Source of the DNA: Parcubacteria group bacterium LiPW_15
Lineage (GTDB): Bacteria > Patescibacteriota > Minisyncoccia > UBA6257 > 2-01-FULL-56-20
Length of the DNA: 64,000 nt
Direction: 5' to 3'
NCBI GenBank assembly: GCA_007375645.1
Contig: VMER01000003.1
Location: forward strand, 10,008-74,007
This document shows positions 50,898-59,834 of this stretch, in pieces. Positions within the stretch are counted from its first letter, which is position 1, and each line of letters starts with the position of its first letter. Under the pieces are notes generated by a model. It saw only the letters and a list, made by a program, of their open reading frames with translations, was not told where the DNA came from and did no database searches. The position numbers were made by a program, and so were the translations under genes.

Positions 50898-51743
50898 TCA
50901 AACTTCTATCTTAAATATCCGTCGGACGTTGCCGTCTATCGCCGAAGCCATCTCCTCCAAGGAAACTCCCTTCAGTTCGGCAAGCTTTTTCACAACTTCG
51001 ACTACAAAGCTCGGTTCGTTACGCTTACCCCGATATGGCACGGGAGCAACATATGGCGCATCGGTTTCGGAGAGAATATTCTCGAGCGGAAGGAATTTTA
51101 TCGCCTCGTCGTAATCGCGCGCGAAGGTTATAACTCCGCCAAAGGTAAAAGAAAAACCCAGGCTTAAAAGAGCTTCTGCTTCTTCCGCTGTGCCGCTAAA
51201 AAAATGAATAACGCCGGGGTATTCCAAAAGATAATCCCGATGCGCTTCAAGAATTTCGATGAGATCCCCGAAGGCTTCCCGGCAATGGATCATTAAGGGC
51301 TTTCCGATTTCGTGAGAGACATATACCTGCTCGATAAATCCCGCTCTTTGTTTTTCCTTGGTTTCGTCATCCGAAACCCGAAAATAGTCCAGTCCGCACT
51401 CGCCTATCGCCACCGCTTCCGGGGCAAGAGCTAGCTCTTTTATTTTGTCTTTATCAAAAATTTCAGGCACGGGGTCTTCTTGTTCGTTTTCGTCATGATG
51501 CCACTCGCTCGCAAAATGCGCGGGGTGAAATCCGACCGCCGCAAAAACCTGTCCGGGGTATTTCTTGGCAAGCTCTATTGCTCCCTCCGAAGTGGACGCT
51601 TGCGTCCCCACGGTTATCATTTTAACTCCGGCCGAAAAAGCTCTGCCCAAGGCCTCGTCCCTATCTTCGTCATAATTTCTAAAATGGATATGCGTATGCG
51701 CGTCCCAAAAATTTATATTTTGCATAATGTTTATTTCTATCAT
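50898..51743 (-). CDS. tatD: TatD-family metal-dependent hydrolase (DNase)
   Basis: FWDAHTHIHF N-terminal motif and TatD-like HxH/E/H/D ligand pattern; start chosen at MIEINIMQNINFWDAHTH rather than the upstream 51908 ATG. Confidence 0.65.
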   Translation of the reverse strand: MIEINIMQNINFWDAHTHIHFRNYDEDRDEALGRAFSAGVKMITVGTQASTSEGAIELAKKYPGQVFAAVGFHPAHFASEWHHDENEQEDPVPEIFDKDKIKELALAPEAVAIGECGLDYFRVSDDETKEKQRAGFIEQVYVSHEIGKPLMIHCREAFGDLIEILEAHRDYLLEYPGVIHFFSGTAEEAEALLSLGFSFTFGGVITFARDYDEAIKFLPLENILSETDAPYVAPVPYRGKRNEPSFVVEVVKKLAELKGVSLEEMASAIDGNVRRIFKIEV

Positions 51744-51794
51744 ATTATGGGGCCAGCTACACGAAAGCGCAAAGAAAAGAAGAAAGGAGCTGTC

Positions 51795-52358
51795 GTGAAA
51801 AAACTGGTTCTGGGCATAGTCGGAGAAAAGCGGGCGGGTAAGGACACCTTCGTCCGTATTTTCGCCCGACTGCTGAAGAAAAAGGGCGTAACCGTCTCTA
51901 CGCACCACTTCTCCGATACCATTGCCGCGTGTCTAACCGAACTCGGCCTCGAGTTAAGCCGGGAAAACATGCAAAGCTTCCCGGTGCTCATCGAGGCCAA
52001 GTACGGCAAGGGAGTTTTCAGCCGGGCAATGGCGAGAAAGGTAAAGAAGGACGCGGCGCGCATCGTGGTCATCCAAGGCATCCGCTGGTGGACCGATGTC
52101 GCGGCGCTCAAGGCTCTGCATGGGACCCTGATCTACGTGACCGCCGACAAGGATGTCCGCTTTCGGCGGTCCGTCGCCGATTCCGAAAAAAAGGATGAGG
52201 CGGGAATGACGCGCAGGAAATTCGAGAAACAGGAACGCGCGAAGACGGAGATCTACATCCCGCAGATCGCCGCCCGAGCGAATTTCCGTTTCGAAAACAA
52301 CGGGGCTGAAAGAGAGCTCACCCGCGCGATCCGTAAGTTCGTGAAGGAACGTTTCTAG
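51795..52358 (+). CDS. P-loop nucleotide/nucleoside kinase-like protein
   Basis: GTG start preceded by AAAGGAG; Walker A GIVGEKRAGKDTF; ~187 aa. Confidence 0.4.
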   Translation: MKKLVLGIVGEKRAGKDTFVRIFARLLKKKGVTVSTHHFSDTIAACLTELGLELSRENMQSFPVLIEAKYGKGVFSRAMARKVKKDAARIVVIQGIRWWTDVAALKALHGTLIYVTADKDVRFRRSVADSEKKDEAGMTRRKFEKQERAKTEIYIPQIAARANFRFENNGAERELTRAIRKFVKERF

Positions 52359-52401
52359 GGACTCAAGCCTGTCTCGACGCAAAGTCGGGATGGGCTTTTT
52401 C

Positions 52402-53098
52402 AAATATAAAAAGAGCCCCCGAGTGCCGAAGCACCGGGGGCCAAAGAACACAGGACCGTTCGCGCAAGCTTTGTGCGGGGAAGGGCGTCGTTTATGCTCT
52501 TGCTGGAAAGAGCCGTCGATCGCCGCTTCGCTTTTAGTGCGCTCGGTCGCCCCTTGAGGGGCACGGGCATCGCCGTTCGTTCTATCTCACGACAGTACGA
52601 ACGTGGCCTTGTTGGTCGAGCCGTCGCAGGCTCGCGCAGACGGAGGGAGTGCCCTCCGACAATCTCGCGTTCGAACGGGGAGTCCGCTAATTGAAACCAC
52701 TCACGGTTTTTTCCTCCGGCTCGATGTTTTGCGATTGGCGCGAAGTGGGGGGTGCTAGACGAAACCGCTCACGATTCCTCCTTCGTGTGCCGCAGACGCG
52801 GAGAGGCATCGCACGCCCCTCCGCCGAATGAGAGTAGGAGGTTGGTGGCCGCTACGTGAAACCGGACATGGTTCCTCCATGTGGCTCTCTACCGTCCGCG
52901 CCCGCCAGTCGTCGGGGGCGCGAATTACTCATTCTCCCTCGCAGAACCCCGAAGACCACGATGGTCCCCGAGAGTCGGCTCTTTTTATCGCCTGCGGACT
53001 TTTGCCGCGCGCGACATGAGCTCGCGAGGGGGCTGAACCTGTTTCCCGTCGAAGCCACTGGGGCATCCGACGGGCTATTCAATTGGGAATGTTCAAGG
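52402..53098 (-). ncRNA. candidate ~700-nt GC-rich structured non-coding RNA with three tandem SD-hairpin/pentapeptide mini-ORF modules
   Basis: A near-consensus promoter sits immediately upstream on the minus strand; a UUCG-tetraloop hairpin plus U-run terminator lies at 52402..52441; many internal hairpins; the three mini-ORFs are at 52853..52870, 52755..52772 and 52688..52705. Confidence 0.45.
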
Positions 53099-53104
53099 CT
53101 TGTA

Positions 53105-53132
53105 TTATAGCACCCCCGTTATATTTGTCAAC
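53105..53132 (-). promoter_or_regulatory. near-consensus sigma70 promoter driving the candidate ncRNA
   Basis: Minus-strand reading TTGACA-aatataacgggggtgc(16)-TATAAT, directly downstream of the rpiB stop. Confidence 0.5.
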
Positions 53133-53140
53133 CCCGTGTT

Positions 53141-53611
53141 CTAAAACTGGTCTGGACCCATATTCTCCCTTTCAATTTCTAAAACTTTTTCGAGTCTCCG
53201 CCTAAAACGCTCTTCTTTTTCGTCAAACTTCGTTTCTAAAAATATTTTAACCATATTCCTCGCCAGCCCGGGATCGGTAAAATCTGCGGCAAGGCTTAAG
53301 ACATTTACGTTGTCGTCATGTCGCGCATCAAAAACTTGATCCGGAGAAATTCCCAAGACAGAACGAATGCGTTTGAATTTATTTGCCACGATGTCCGCTC
53401 CGGAACCCGAAGCACAGATAATAATACCCGTGCTTTGTTCCAGGTTTCTTGAAACCTTGACCGCTACAGCTTTGGCGATATCCGGATAATCATCGCCATC
53501 GGAAAAATTGGGAGCGACATCCTCCACCTCATATGCTCCTTCAACTAAATATTTTTTTAAAGATTCTTTAAGTTCGAATCCCCTGTGGTCGGCTCCAATA
53601 TAGATAACCAT
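53141..53611 (-). CDS. rpiB: ribose-5-phosphate isomerase B (RpiB/LacAB family)
   Basis: 156 aa; MVIYIGADHRGFELKE...IIICASGSGADIVANK typical of RpiB. Confidence 0.8.
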   Translation of the reverse strand: MVIYIGADHRGFELKESLKKYLVEGAYEVEDVAPNFSDGDDYPDIAKAVAVKVSRNLEQSTGIIICASGSGADIVANKFKRIRSVLGISPDQVFDARHDDNVNVLSLAADFTDPGLARNMVKIFLETKFDEKEERFRRRLEKVLEIERENMGPDQF

Positions 53612-53767
53612 ATAGATAATTATACTCGGCAGCGAGGATGCAGGGAAATGCTTGTATTTCCGTGTCAGCCGAGAGAACCGAGCATATAAATACGAAGTAT
53701 TTATATAGACTTTGGCGCCTTAAAATGGAAAACCCCGCCGGGGCGTACCCGGCGGGGAAAAGCGAAG

Positions 53768-54933
53768 TTACTGTTGCATCGGGGGGAATCTGTGGCTCGG
53801 ACCCGGCCACACTTTGAGACGGTTTGTCCGGTCGGGCGCGGAACGCGATGGAGTCGGGTTGAGGATGGAGCCGCTTGAGGGAAGCTTCGCGCAAACATCC
53901 CACGCCAGAAGCGGATTTTTGGGATCCTCCCAAACAACCCTGTGCATCACTCCGCCCTTCATGGTCCCGAACGGAGCGCGTTGGTCACCGTACAGATGAT
54001 TCTGCCACCACCAGCCGACCCAACCTGGGCCTTTGAGATACGAGTATATCTCGCGCTGATACCAGAGAGACGGATCAGCGGCCCTGATACCGAACACGAC
54101 CGGAGACCAGTAGCCGGAAACAACCAGAAGCCGCGGCTCGGTAACGCCAAGCTCGGTGGCGAGAGCGATCCACGTCCGAAGCACTCCGACCATGTCGTTG
54201 TCAAAGACCCGGTCCCCAAGTTGCCGTACGACCTCCGCGAGGTCTCCGGTCAGATCGAACTCCTGGACGGTATAAATCGAATACCCGCCCAAAAGTTCTC
54301 GTCGATCCGGCTTGGCCCCGCAGTACAACCAGTCGCACCACGGCATTGCTTGAACATATGCCCGGCCGGGGATTGCGCTGCTCCTGCCCCACTCGAATGT
54401 GGGGAAGCCGATCTCATCGTGATAATCGCGCAACTCCCAACCGTCAGGACCCCAGAACATGTCCTCGGCTTCGAGGAACGACTTGGCGATCCACTCCTCG
54501 TTTTCGAAAACTTCTCGAACCACCGAGTACTCGGCGGGCTTTACCGGCGCCTTCATGGCAACATAGCGGAGATTGCCGCTTCCGTCATTCGGCACGCGAT
54601 AGACCTTGAAGAATCCGCCCTCAGCATAGGGCAGGTCGCCACGGTCCACGCACTCGCCCCAAAGGCACTTGAAATATCCGGTCAGATGGAAAGGCTTTTG
54701 GTCGTTCCAGGTCTGTGCCGGAACGAGGTACTCCAGCATGTTGATGGTTTTGCCGGATGCCTCGCTTGGCCACGCCCTGGGGAATTTCGGATCATCATCC
54801 GAATACTGCCGCAAAGACTCCTGGGTGTCGGGGAACTCCAAGCTGACGACCTGAGCCACGGCCGAAGCGCCGACCATGAAACAGCCGATCAGACCAACGG
54901 TAGAAAGCGCAGCGCCTAGTCTTTTGAACATTT
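53768..54933 (-). CDS. secreted Trp-rich hypothetical protein (GC-rich)
   Basis: Start at MFKRLGAALSTVGLIGCFMVGASAVAQ (signal peptide) with RBS GGAGGAGAGGGAA; ~388 aa; noticeably GC-rich. Confidence 0.45.
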
Positions 54934-55046
54934 CCCTCTCCTCCGATTCTCCGTTTTCAAACGCCCTCCCGGGCGCGATTGGACTACCGCGATTATAAAT
55001 AACGCATACCAAAAGTCAAAGAGGTTCGCCTCTTTTATATTTTAAA

Positions 55047-56066
55047 TTAGAGAGCCGAGGCCGCGGAGAGAATGTGCTTGACCAAAGTCGCAACGTAGCC
55101 GGCCTCGTTGTCGTACCAAGAAAGCACCTTAACCAAATTCCCGTCTATTACTTTCGTGAAGGTCAGATCCACTATCGCGCCGTAGGGTTCGCCGATGATA
55201 TCGGAGGAAACCAATTGATCCTCGGTTACTTTTAATATTCCCTGCCAGCGCGGATCTTTTGCCGCCCGTTTAAAAATATCGTTTATCTCCGGCGCGGTGA
55301 CATTGCGTTTGGCGACAAAGGTTATATCTGCCAGAGATCCGGTGATATTCGGAGTGCGGAAAGAAATGCCGTCAAACTTTCCCTCAAGTTCGGGAATGGC
55401 CCTGGTCACGGAAATAGCCGCACCGGTCGTCGAAGGCACGGTGTTCTGCGCCGCCGCTCGGCCGCGCCGAAAATCTTTCCCGCCCCTAACCGGACCGTCC
55501 ACCAGATTCTGAGTCGCGGTATAGCCGTGGACGGTCGAGAGAAATGCTTTTTGAATTCCGGGTTCTTCGGACATTATCTGGATAACGGGAGAAGCGGCAT
55601 TCGTGGTACAACTGCCGTTCGAAGTTATCTTGCAGGTTTTCATATCTTTTTCGTTCACGCCCATGAGCACGGTTCGAGCCTCGGCCGATTCCGCGTCCTT
55701 AGCCGGAGCGGTTATGACCACTCTCTTTGCGCCGGCATCCAAGTGCGCCTTGGCACTAGTGAAGGATTCAAAAAATCCCGTGGCCTCAACCGCGATATCC
55801 ACGCCCATAGTCCCCCAAGGAAGATTGGCGGGGTCTTTCATTTGTAGAACTTTCACCTTTTTCCCGCCCACGACCAAAGAATCACCCTCGACATGCACCT
55901 CCTTATCGAAACGCCCGTAGACCGTATCGTACTTCAAAAGATAGGCGAGGTTTTGAATGTCACCCAAGTCATTGATGGCAACTATTTCCAAGCCTGGATA
56001 TTCAAACGCCTGTCGGAACAAAAGCCGACCAATACGCCCGAATCCGTTTATCGCTATTTTTGCCAT
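55047..56066 (-). CDS. gap: glyceraldehyde-3-phosphate dehydrogenase
   Basis: 339 aa; MAKIAINGFGRIGR NAD-binding N-terminus; SCTTNAASP catalytic Cys region. Confidence 0.9.
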   Translation of the reverse strand: MAKIAINGFGRIGRLLFRQAFEYPGLEIVAINDLGDIQNLAYLLKYDTVYGRFDKEVHVEGDSLVVGGKKVKVLQMKDPANLPWGTMGVDIAVEATGFFESFTSAKAHLDAGAKRVVITAPAKDAESAEARTVLMGVNEKDMKTCKITSNGSCTTNAASPVIQIMSEEPGIQKAFLSTVHGYTATQNLVDGPVRGGKDFRRGRAAAQNTVPSTTGAAISVTRAIPELEGKFDGISFRTPNITGSLADITFVAKRNVTAPEINDIFKRAAKDPRWQGILKVTEDQLVSSDIIGEPYGAIVDLTFTKVIDGNLVKVLSWYDNEAGYVATLVKHILSAASAL

Positions 56067-56152
56067 TGTTATTTATGGATTGTATCTACAGTAATTATAC
56101 ACCAGACCGTTCCGGATCTGGTGTTTTTATACTATATTCTATATTCTAGATT

Positions 56153-56746
56153 CTATTTTCTTTTCCTGAGTGCTCCGGCAACCTTGCCGGAAATCTTTAT
56201 GGACGGAGTGAGCGTTGCCGAACCTTCGTCCCAACTCGCCGGACAGGCCATGCCCTTGTGCATATTCACAAAGTTAAGAGCTTTAACTTTTCGAAGTATC
56301 TCTCCTGCGCTTCGGCCGATATTGTCTGCGGTAATATCCGCGGCTCGCAAAATGCCGTCCGGTGCGATGATGAACGCGGCTCTCTGCGCCAATCCGCTTT
56401 CTTCGTCATAGATGCCTAAGTCTTTCGAAAGTTTGCCGTTGTGGTCCGCGGCCATCAAGAAATCCAAACCTTTCAGAAGCTCCTCGGTTTCTATCCAGGC
56501 CTTGTGGGTAAAAACGGTGTCGGTTGAAACAACCACGACTTCCCCATTATGTTTTTTTATTTCCTCGTGCCGCTTTTTCAAATCGGCAAGTTCGGTCGGA
56601 CAAACAAAGGTAAAATCTGCCGGGTAGAAAAACAAAACCAAGAATTTGGTTCTGAAGTTCGCGAGGCTTATTTTCTTAACTCCATCGGTCTTCGGATCGT
56701 AGGTCTCAAGCGAGAACTCCGGGAATTTTTGGTCTACTTTAAACAT
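56153..56746 (-). CDS. peroxiredoxin (AhpC/TSA family, 2-Cys)
   Basis: 197 aa; FTFVCPTE peroxidatic Cys motif. Confidence 0.85.
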   Translation of the reverse strand: MFKVDQKFPEFSLETYDPKTDGVKKISLANFRTKFLVLFFYPADFTFVCPTELADLKKRHEEIKKHNGEVVVVSTDTVFTHKAWIETEELLKGLDFLMAADHNGKLSKDLGIYDEESGLAQRAAFIIAPDGILRAADITADNIGRSAGEILRKVKALNFVNMHKGMACPASWDEGSATLTPSIKISGKVAGALRKRK

Positions 56747-56861
56747 TTTATTTTATGATAAGTTGGTTGATTTTGTCAGTTAATTGTAGCATTTCACAGG
56801 ATTTTGAAAAATTGACGCGTACCCCCAAAAAACGTATGTTATTGAAAGCTCAACACAACTA

Positions 56862-57296
56862 ATGGAGGTCAACATGACCGATGCAGAAGTTCCTGTCGGT
56901 TGGTCAGATGATGGTTACCGCAAGTTGCTTGCCGCCACCACGGTAGAGGAGCTGGCGGAGTCCTTGGTCTCGGAGATGAAAAGGCACGGAACCGGAGTTA
57001 CTCTGGTTTGCGGCGAAGGCCGGGACACGCAATTCATCGTGGATGCCTCGGCAACGACCGACGGACCTATTTTCAACGGAACGATGATCGAGAAGCAGAT
57101 CGAGAGACTTTCCGAAAAGTCCGAGGCGGCAATTCACCTGGCATACGAGCTGCTCGATTCCGGATTGATAGCGCGGATCAGAATGAATGAGTCCGGACCA
57201 AAGACATCTCTCGAAACCTGGCTCAGCATGCTAGGTTCGAACCGTGAAATCGAAGTCTACCCCCCGGAATACGAAGACTCCGGCTGCTATAGCTGA
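56862..57296 (+). CDS. hypothetical protein
   Basis: 144 aa; candidate promoter TTGACG-17-TATGTT upstream. Confidence 0.35.
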   Translation: MEVNMTDAEVPVGWSDDGYRKLLAATTVEELAESLVSEMKRHGTGVTLVCGEGRDTQFIVDASATTDGPIFNGTMIEKQIERLSEKSEAAIHLAYELLDSGLIARIRMNESGPKTSLETWLSMLGSNREIEVYPPEYEDSGCYS

Positions 57297-57349
57297 CCTC
57301 TGCGCGCCTCGCGCGCAATTTCCCTAAAGGAAGGGAAAAGGAAGGGAAG

Positions 57350-57835
57350 ATGAGTAAGAAACAACTTCCGAAGTTCTGGACCGAGCGCGACGCACGCCAG
57401 GCAGACAAGGCAACCACCTACGAAGGCCTCGCGAAGATTGCTTGCCGGATCCTCCGAAGGCAATGGAAAAACCTCCCTGCCGGAAACGACCACATCGCGA
57501 TCGTCTCCGGCACCCTCACGAACGGCGGAAGGCTTCCGCTTCGGGATATCCGGGCGAACATCCGCCTTTTCGGCAAGAAGATCGCGAAGCTCGAACGTCT
57601 GGGACTCCCCGTCTGGGACCAAAGGCCCTTCGAGGAGCACATCTTCCGCATCAAGAACCTCCCGGAGAACCGGAACAGGCCCATGAAGCTCCTGGACGGC
57701 TTCTACAAGCCAGTCTTTGACTCAGGGTTAATCACTCTCGCTTTCATGCTCCCGAACTGGAAACAGTCCCACGGAGCGAGATGGGAGAAGAGACTGTTCC
57801 GAAAACTCGGCGTTTCCACCTTTTTCACCAAGTAA
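57350..57835 (+). CDS. hypothetical protein
   Basis: 161 aa; purine-rich RBS. Confidence 0.35.
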   Translation: MSKKQLPKFWTERDARQADKATTYEGLAKIACRILRRQWKNLPAGNDHIAIVSGTLTNGGRLPLRDIRANIRLFGKKIAKLERLGLPVWDQRPFEEHIFRIKNLPENRNRPMKLLDGFYKPVFDSGLITLAFMLPNWKQSHGARWEKRLFRKLGVSTFFTK

Positions 57836-57865
57836 TTCAGTTTTTGCAAACAAGAGGAGAAAGAG

Positions 57866-58120
57866 ATGGAAAAGGTTGCAATCGTGACTACTGTCACGGG
57901 TATGACCTTGGAAATAGCGCTTGAAAAGGCGCGAGAAAAAACGACCGAGGAGTATCCGCAGAAAGTCCTGGAAGAACGCGGGAAGAGAGATAAAGACCTG
58001 GTCTGCCACGATGAAACGTATGATTGTGGCGTCACAGTCACAGTCACCCGCCATATCTCTTTCCTCACGGCAGAAGAAGCGTGTCGCGGGCCGGTACCGG
58101 CCGAGTTCGGACCAGACTGA
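57866..58120 (+). CDS. hypothetical protein
   Basis: 84 aa; RBS AGGAGAAAGAG. Confidence 0.3.
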   Translation: MEKVAIVTTVTGMTLEIALEKAREKTTEEYPQKVLEERGKRDKDLVCHDETYDCGVTVTVTRHISFLTAEEACRGPVPAEFGPD

Positions 58121-58172
58121 GACCAAAAAACCCGCACGAAAGTGCGGGTTTCCTATATCCAACCGGCCGATC

Positions 58173-59468
58173 TTATCCCACCTCTTCCTTTCCTAAATAT
58201 TTTTGTAAAATTTTCGGAATTTTTATTTTGCCCTCCGCAGTCTGGAAGTTTTCAATGATGGCGATAAGCGGCCGTTCCGAAAACGCGGTGCCGTTCAACA
58301 TGTGGATAAACTTGGCGCCATCCGCGGACTTATATTTTATATTCAGCCTTCTCGCCTGAAAATCCGTAGTGTTGGAAGTAGAGTGCGTCTCCCGATACTC
58401 GCCCTCTCCGCCTTTCTGACCGGGAAGCCAGGCCTCTATGTCCCACTTGGCGGCAGCCGGGTCACCCAAATCCGCTCCGCAAATATCCAAAACGTGATAT
58501 GGAATGCCGAGCTCTTTCATAAGATATTCTTCTATCGCCAAAAGGAATTTGTGTTCGGCTTCGGATTTCTCCGGCTCAATAAAACTGAACATCTCAAACT
58601 TGTTGAACTGATGAACGCGTAAGATTCCCTTCGTATCTTTCCCGTAGCTTCCGGCTTCGCGCCTAAAGCAGGTTGAAAATCCCACATACCTAAGCGGAAG
58701 TTCTTTGGCGTCCAAAATTTCACCGGAATGCATCGGTCCGATGGATTGCTCCGAAGTTCCCACAAGATACATGTCGTCTTTTTCCAGGCGATATATTTCG
58801 TCCCCACCGCGTTCCATATAACCCATGCCGGCCATAGCTTCCTTTTTGATAAGCACCGGAGGCAAAACAGGAATAAATGTTTTATCGCTCACCTCAAGTC
58901 CGGCGTCCTTCGCAATCTTCGCGAGCGTTTCGGAACTGGAGACCGTCTCGAAAAGAAACTGGCCCAAAGCAAACTCCAAGCGCACCAAATCGCCTTTCAA
59001 ATATGCAAATCTGCTTCCGGAAACCTTGGCGGCGCGTTCGGTATCGATAAGGCCAAGGCTTTCGGCAATTTCCACATAATCTTTCGGTTTAAAATCAAAT
59101 TTGGGTTTTTCGCCCACCTCCCGCAGAACTTTATTGTCCGCGTCGCTGTCTCCTTTTATTACCCAATCGAACGGCGGGTTCGGTATTTTTATCCAAGAGG
59201 AATTTCTGGCAACTTCGGCTACGCCAACTTTTTCCTCCAAGATCTTTTCTTCGCCCTTCAAGCGCTTTCCTTCCTCTATATTTCTCTCTGCGCTGGCCTT
59301 CTTTTGGGCAACCCGGATCGCTTCAAGTTCCGCGGTGGCCTTCCGCCATTCTTCGTCCGCGCGCAAAAAATCATCCACTAGCGCCGGATCGGCTTTCTTT
59401 TTGGCTATTCCCTCCTTTATTTTCTCGGGGTTTTCCCTCAAAAGTTTAGCGTCTACCATGTGTTCCAT
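58173..59468 (-). CDS. serS: seryl-tRNA synthetase
   Basis: 431 aa; N-terminal coiled-coil tRNA-binding arm and class II core motifs (e.g. FRRE, GSALAV-like). Confidence 0.9.
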   Translation of the reverse strand: MEHMVDAKLLRENPEKIKEGIAKKKADPALVDDFLRADEEWRKATAELEAIRVAQKKASAERNIEEGKRLKGEEKILEEKVGVAEVARNSSWIKIPNPPFDWVIKGDSDADNKVLREVGEKPKFDFKPKDYVEIAESLGLIDTERAAKVSGSRFAYLKGDLVRLEFALGQFLFETVSSSETLAKIAKDAGLEVSDKTFIPVLPPVLIKKEAMAGMGYMERGGDEIYRLEKDDMYLVGTSEQSIGPMHSGEILDAKELPLRYVGFSTCFRREAGSYGKDTKGILRVHQFNKFEMFSFIEPEKSEAEHKFLLAIEEYLMKELGIPYHVLDICGADLGDPAAAKWDIEAWLPGQKGGEGEYRETHSTSNTTDFQARRLNIKYKSADGAKFIHMLNGTAFSERPLIAIIENFQTAEGKIKIPKILQKYLGKEEVG

Positions 59469-59649
59469 AATACTAGCTTCTCCGGAAAAATAAACCCCGT
59501 ACTGGGCAGGCCTAGGCTATCAGGCGGCACTTTTCTTTTCAATTTAAAAAGACCCGCATATAACGGGTTCTTTGCTTGCCCGGCTAGCTTTTGCGAAAAA
59601 ATCCGGTAATTTATAGACTATTTGCGTTTTTTAAATCCGGCGGTATACT

Positions 59650-59826
59650 ACAAGCAACGGAAATTGTTGCGGGCTACCGACCGCAATCCGCCGAATAAGC
59701 GGACCACAAAAACGGCTAATCCGCGCTTAGATGAGAACCAAGTTGGGTGGAACCGCGACCAAGACTCGCCCCGACAGAAAGTGATTTATCATTTTTTGTC
59801 GGGGCGATTTTTATTAACAAACCAAA
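59650..59826 (+). promoter_or_regulatory. T-box riboswitch leader upstream of thrS
   Basis: Conserved T-box sequence AAGTTGGGTGGAACCGCG at 59740..59757, followed by a terminator hairpin CGCCCCGACA...TGTCGGGGCG plus T-run at 59767..59824; putative ACC specifier in 'GCGGACCACAA'; promoter-like TTGCGT-16-TATACT at 59622..59649. Confidence 0.5.
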
Positions 59827-59834
59827 AAAATAAT

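Noticed and set aside
51954-52451. 165-aa minus-strand ORF overlapping the kinase-like gene, and the 51480 plus-strand start overlapping tatD
   Set aside because: Both create long opposite-strand overlaps; the shorter GTG start at 51795 (with RBS) and the tatD start at ~51743 remove the conflict
52402-53098. Identity of the candidate large ncRNA as RNase P RNA, tmRNA, SRP RNA or 6S RNA
   Set aside because: I could not find the P4 'GGAAAGUCCGG' or 'ACAGAA.CCGGCUUA' RNase P motifs, a tmRNA tRNA-like 3' end (GGUUCGAnUCC...CCA) or tag ORF, or the SRP domain IV motif; left as unclassified
53942-54919. 325-aa plus-strand ORF antisense to the secreted Trp-rich protein gene
   Set aside because: Arg/Pro-rich composition of GC-rich antisense; the minus-strand gene has a signal peptide and strong RBS
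59622-59834. Long N-terminal extension of thrS (ORF start at 59622)
   Set aside because: The extension covers the T-box leader and terminator and has no ThrRS similarity; the true start is the ATG at 59835 after an A-rich spacer
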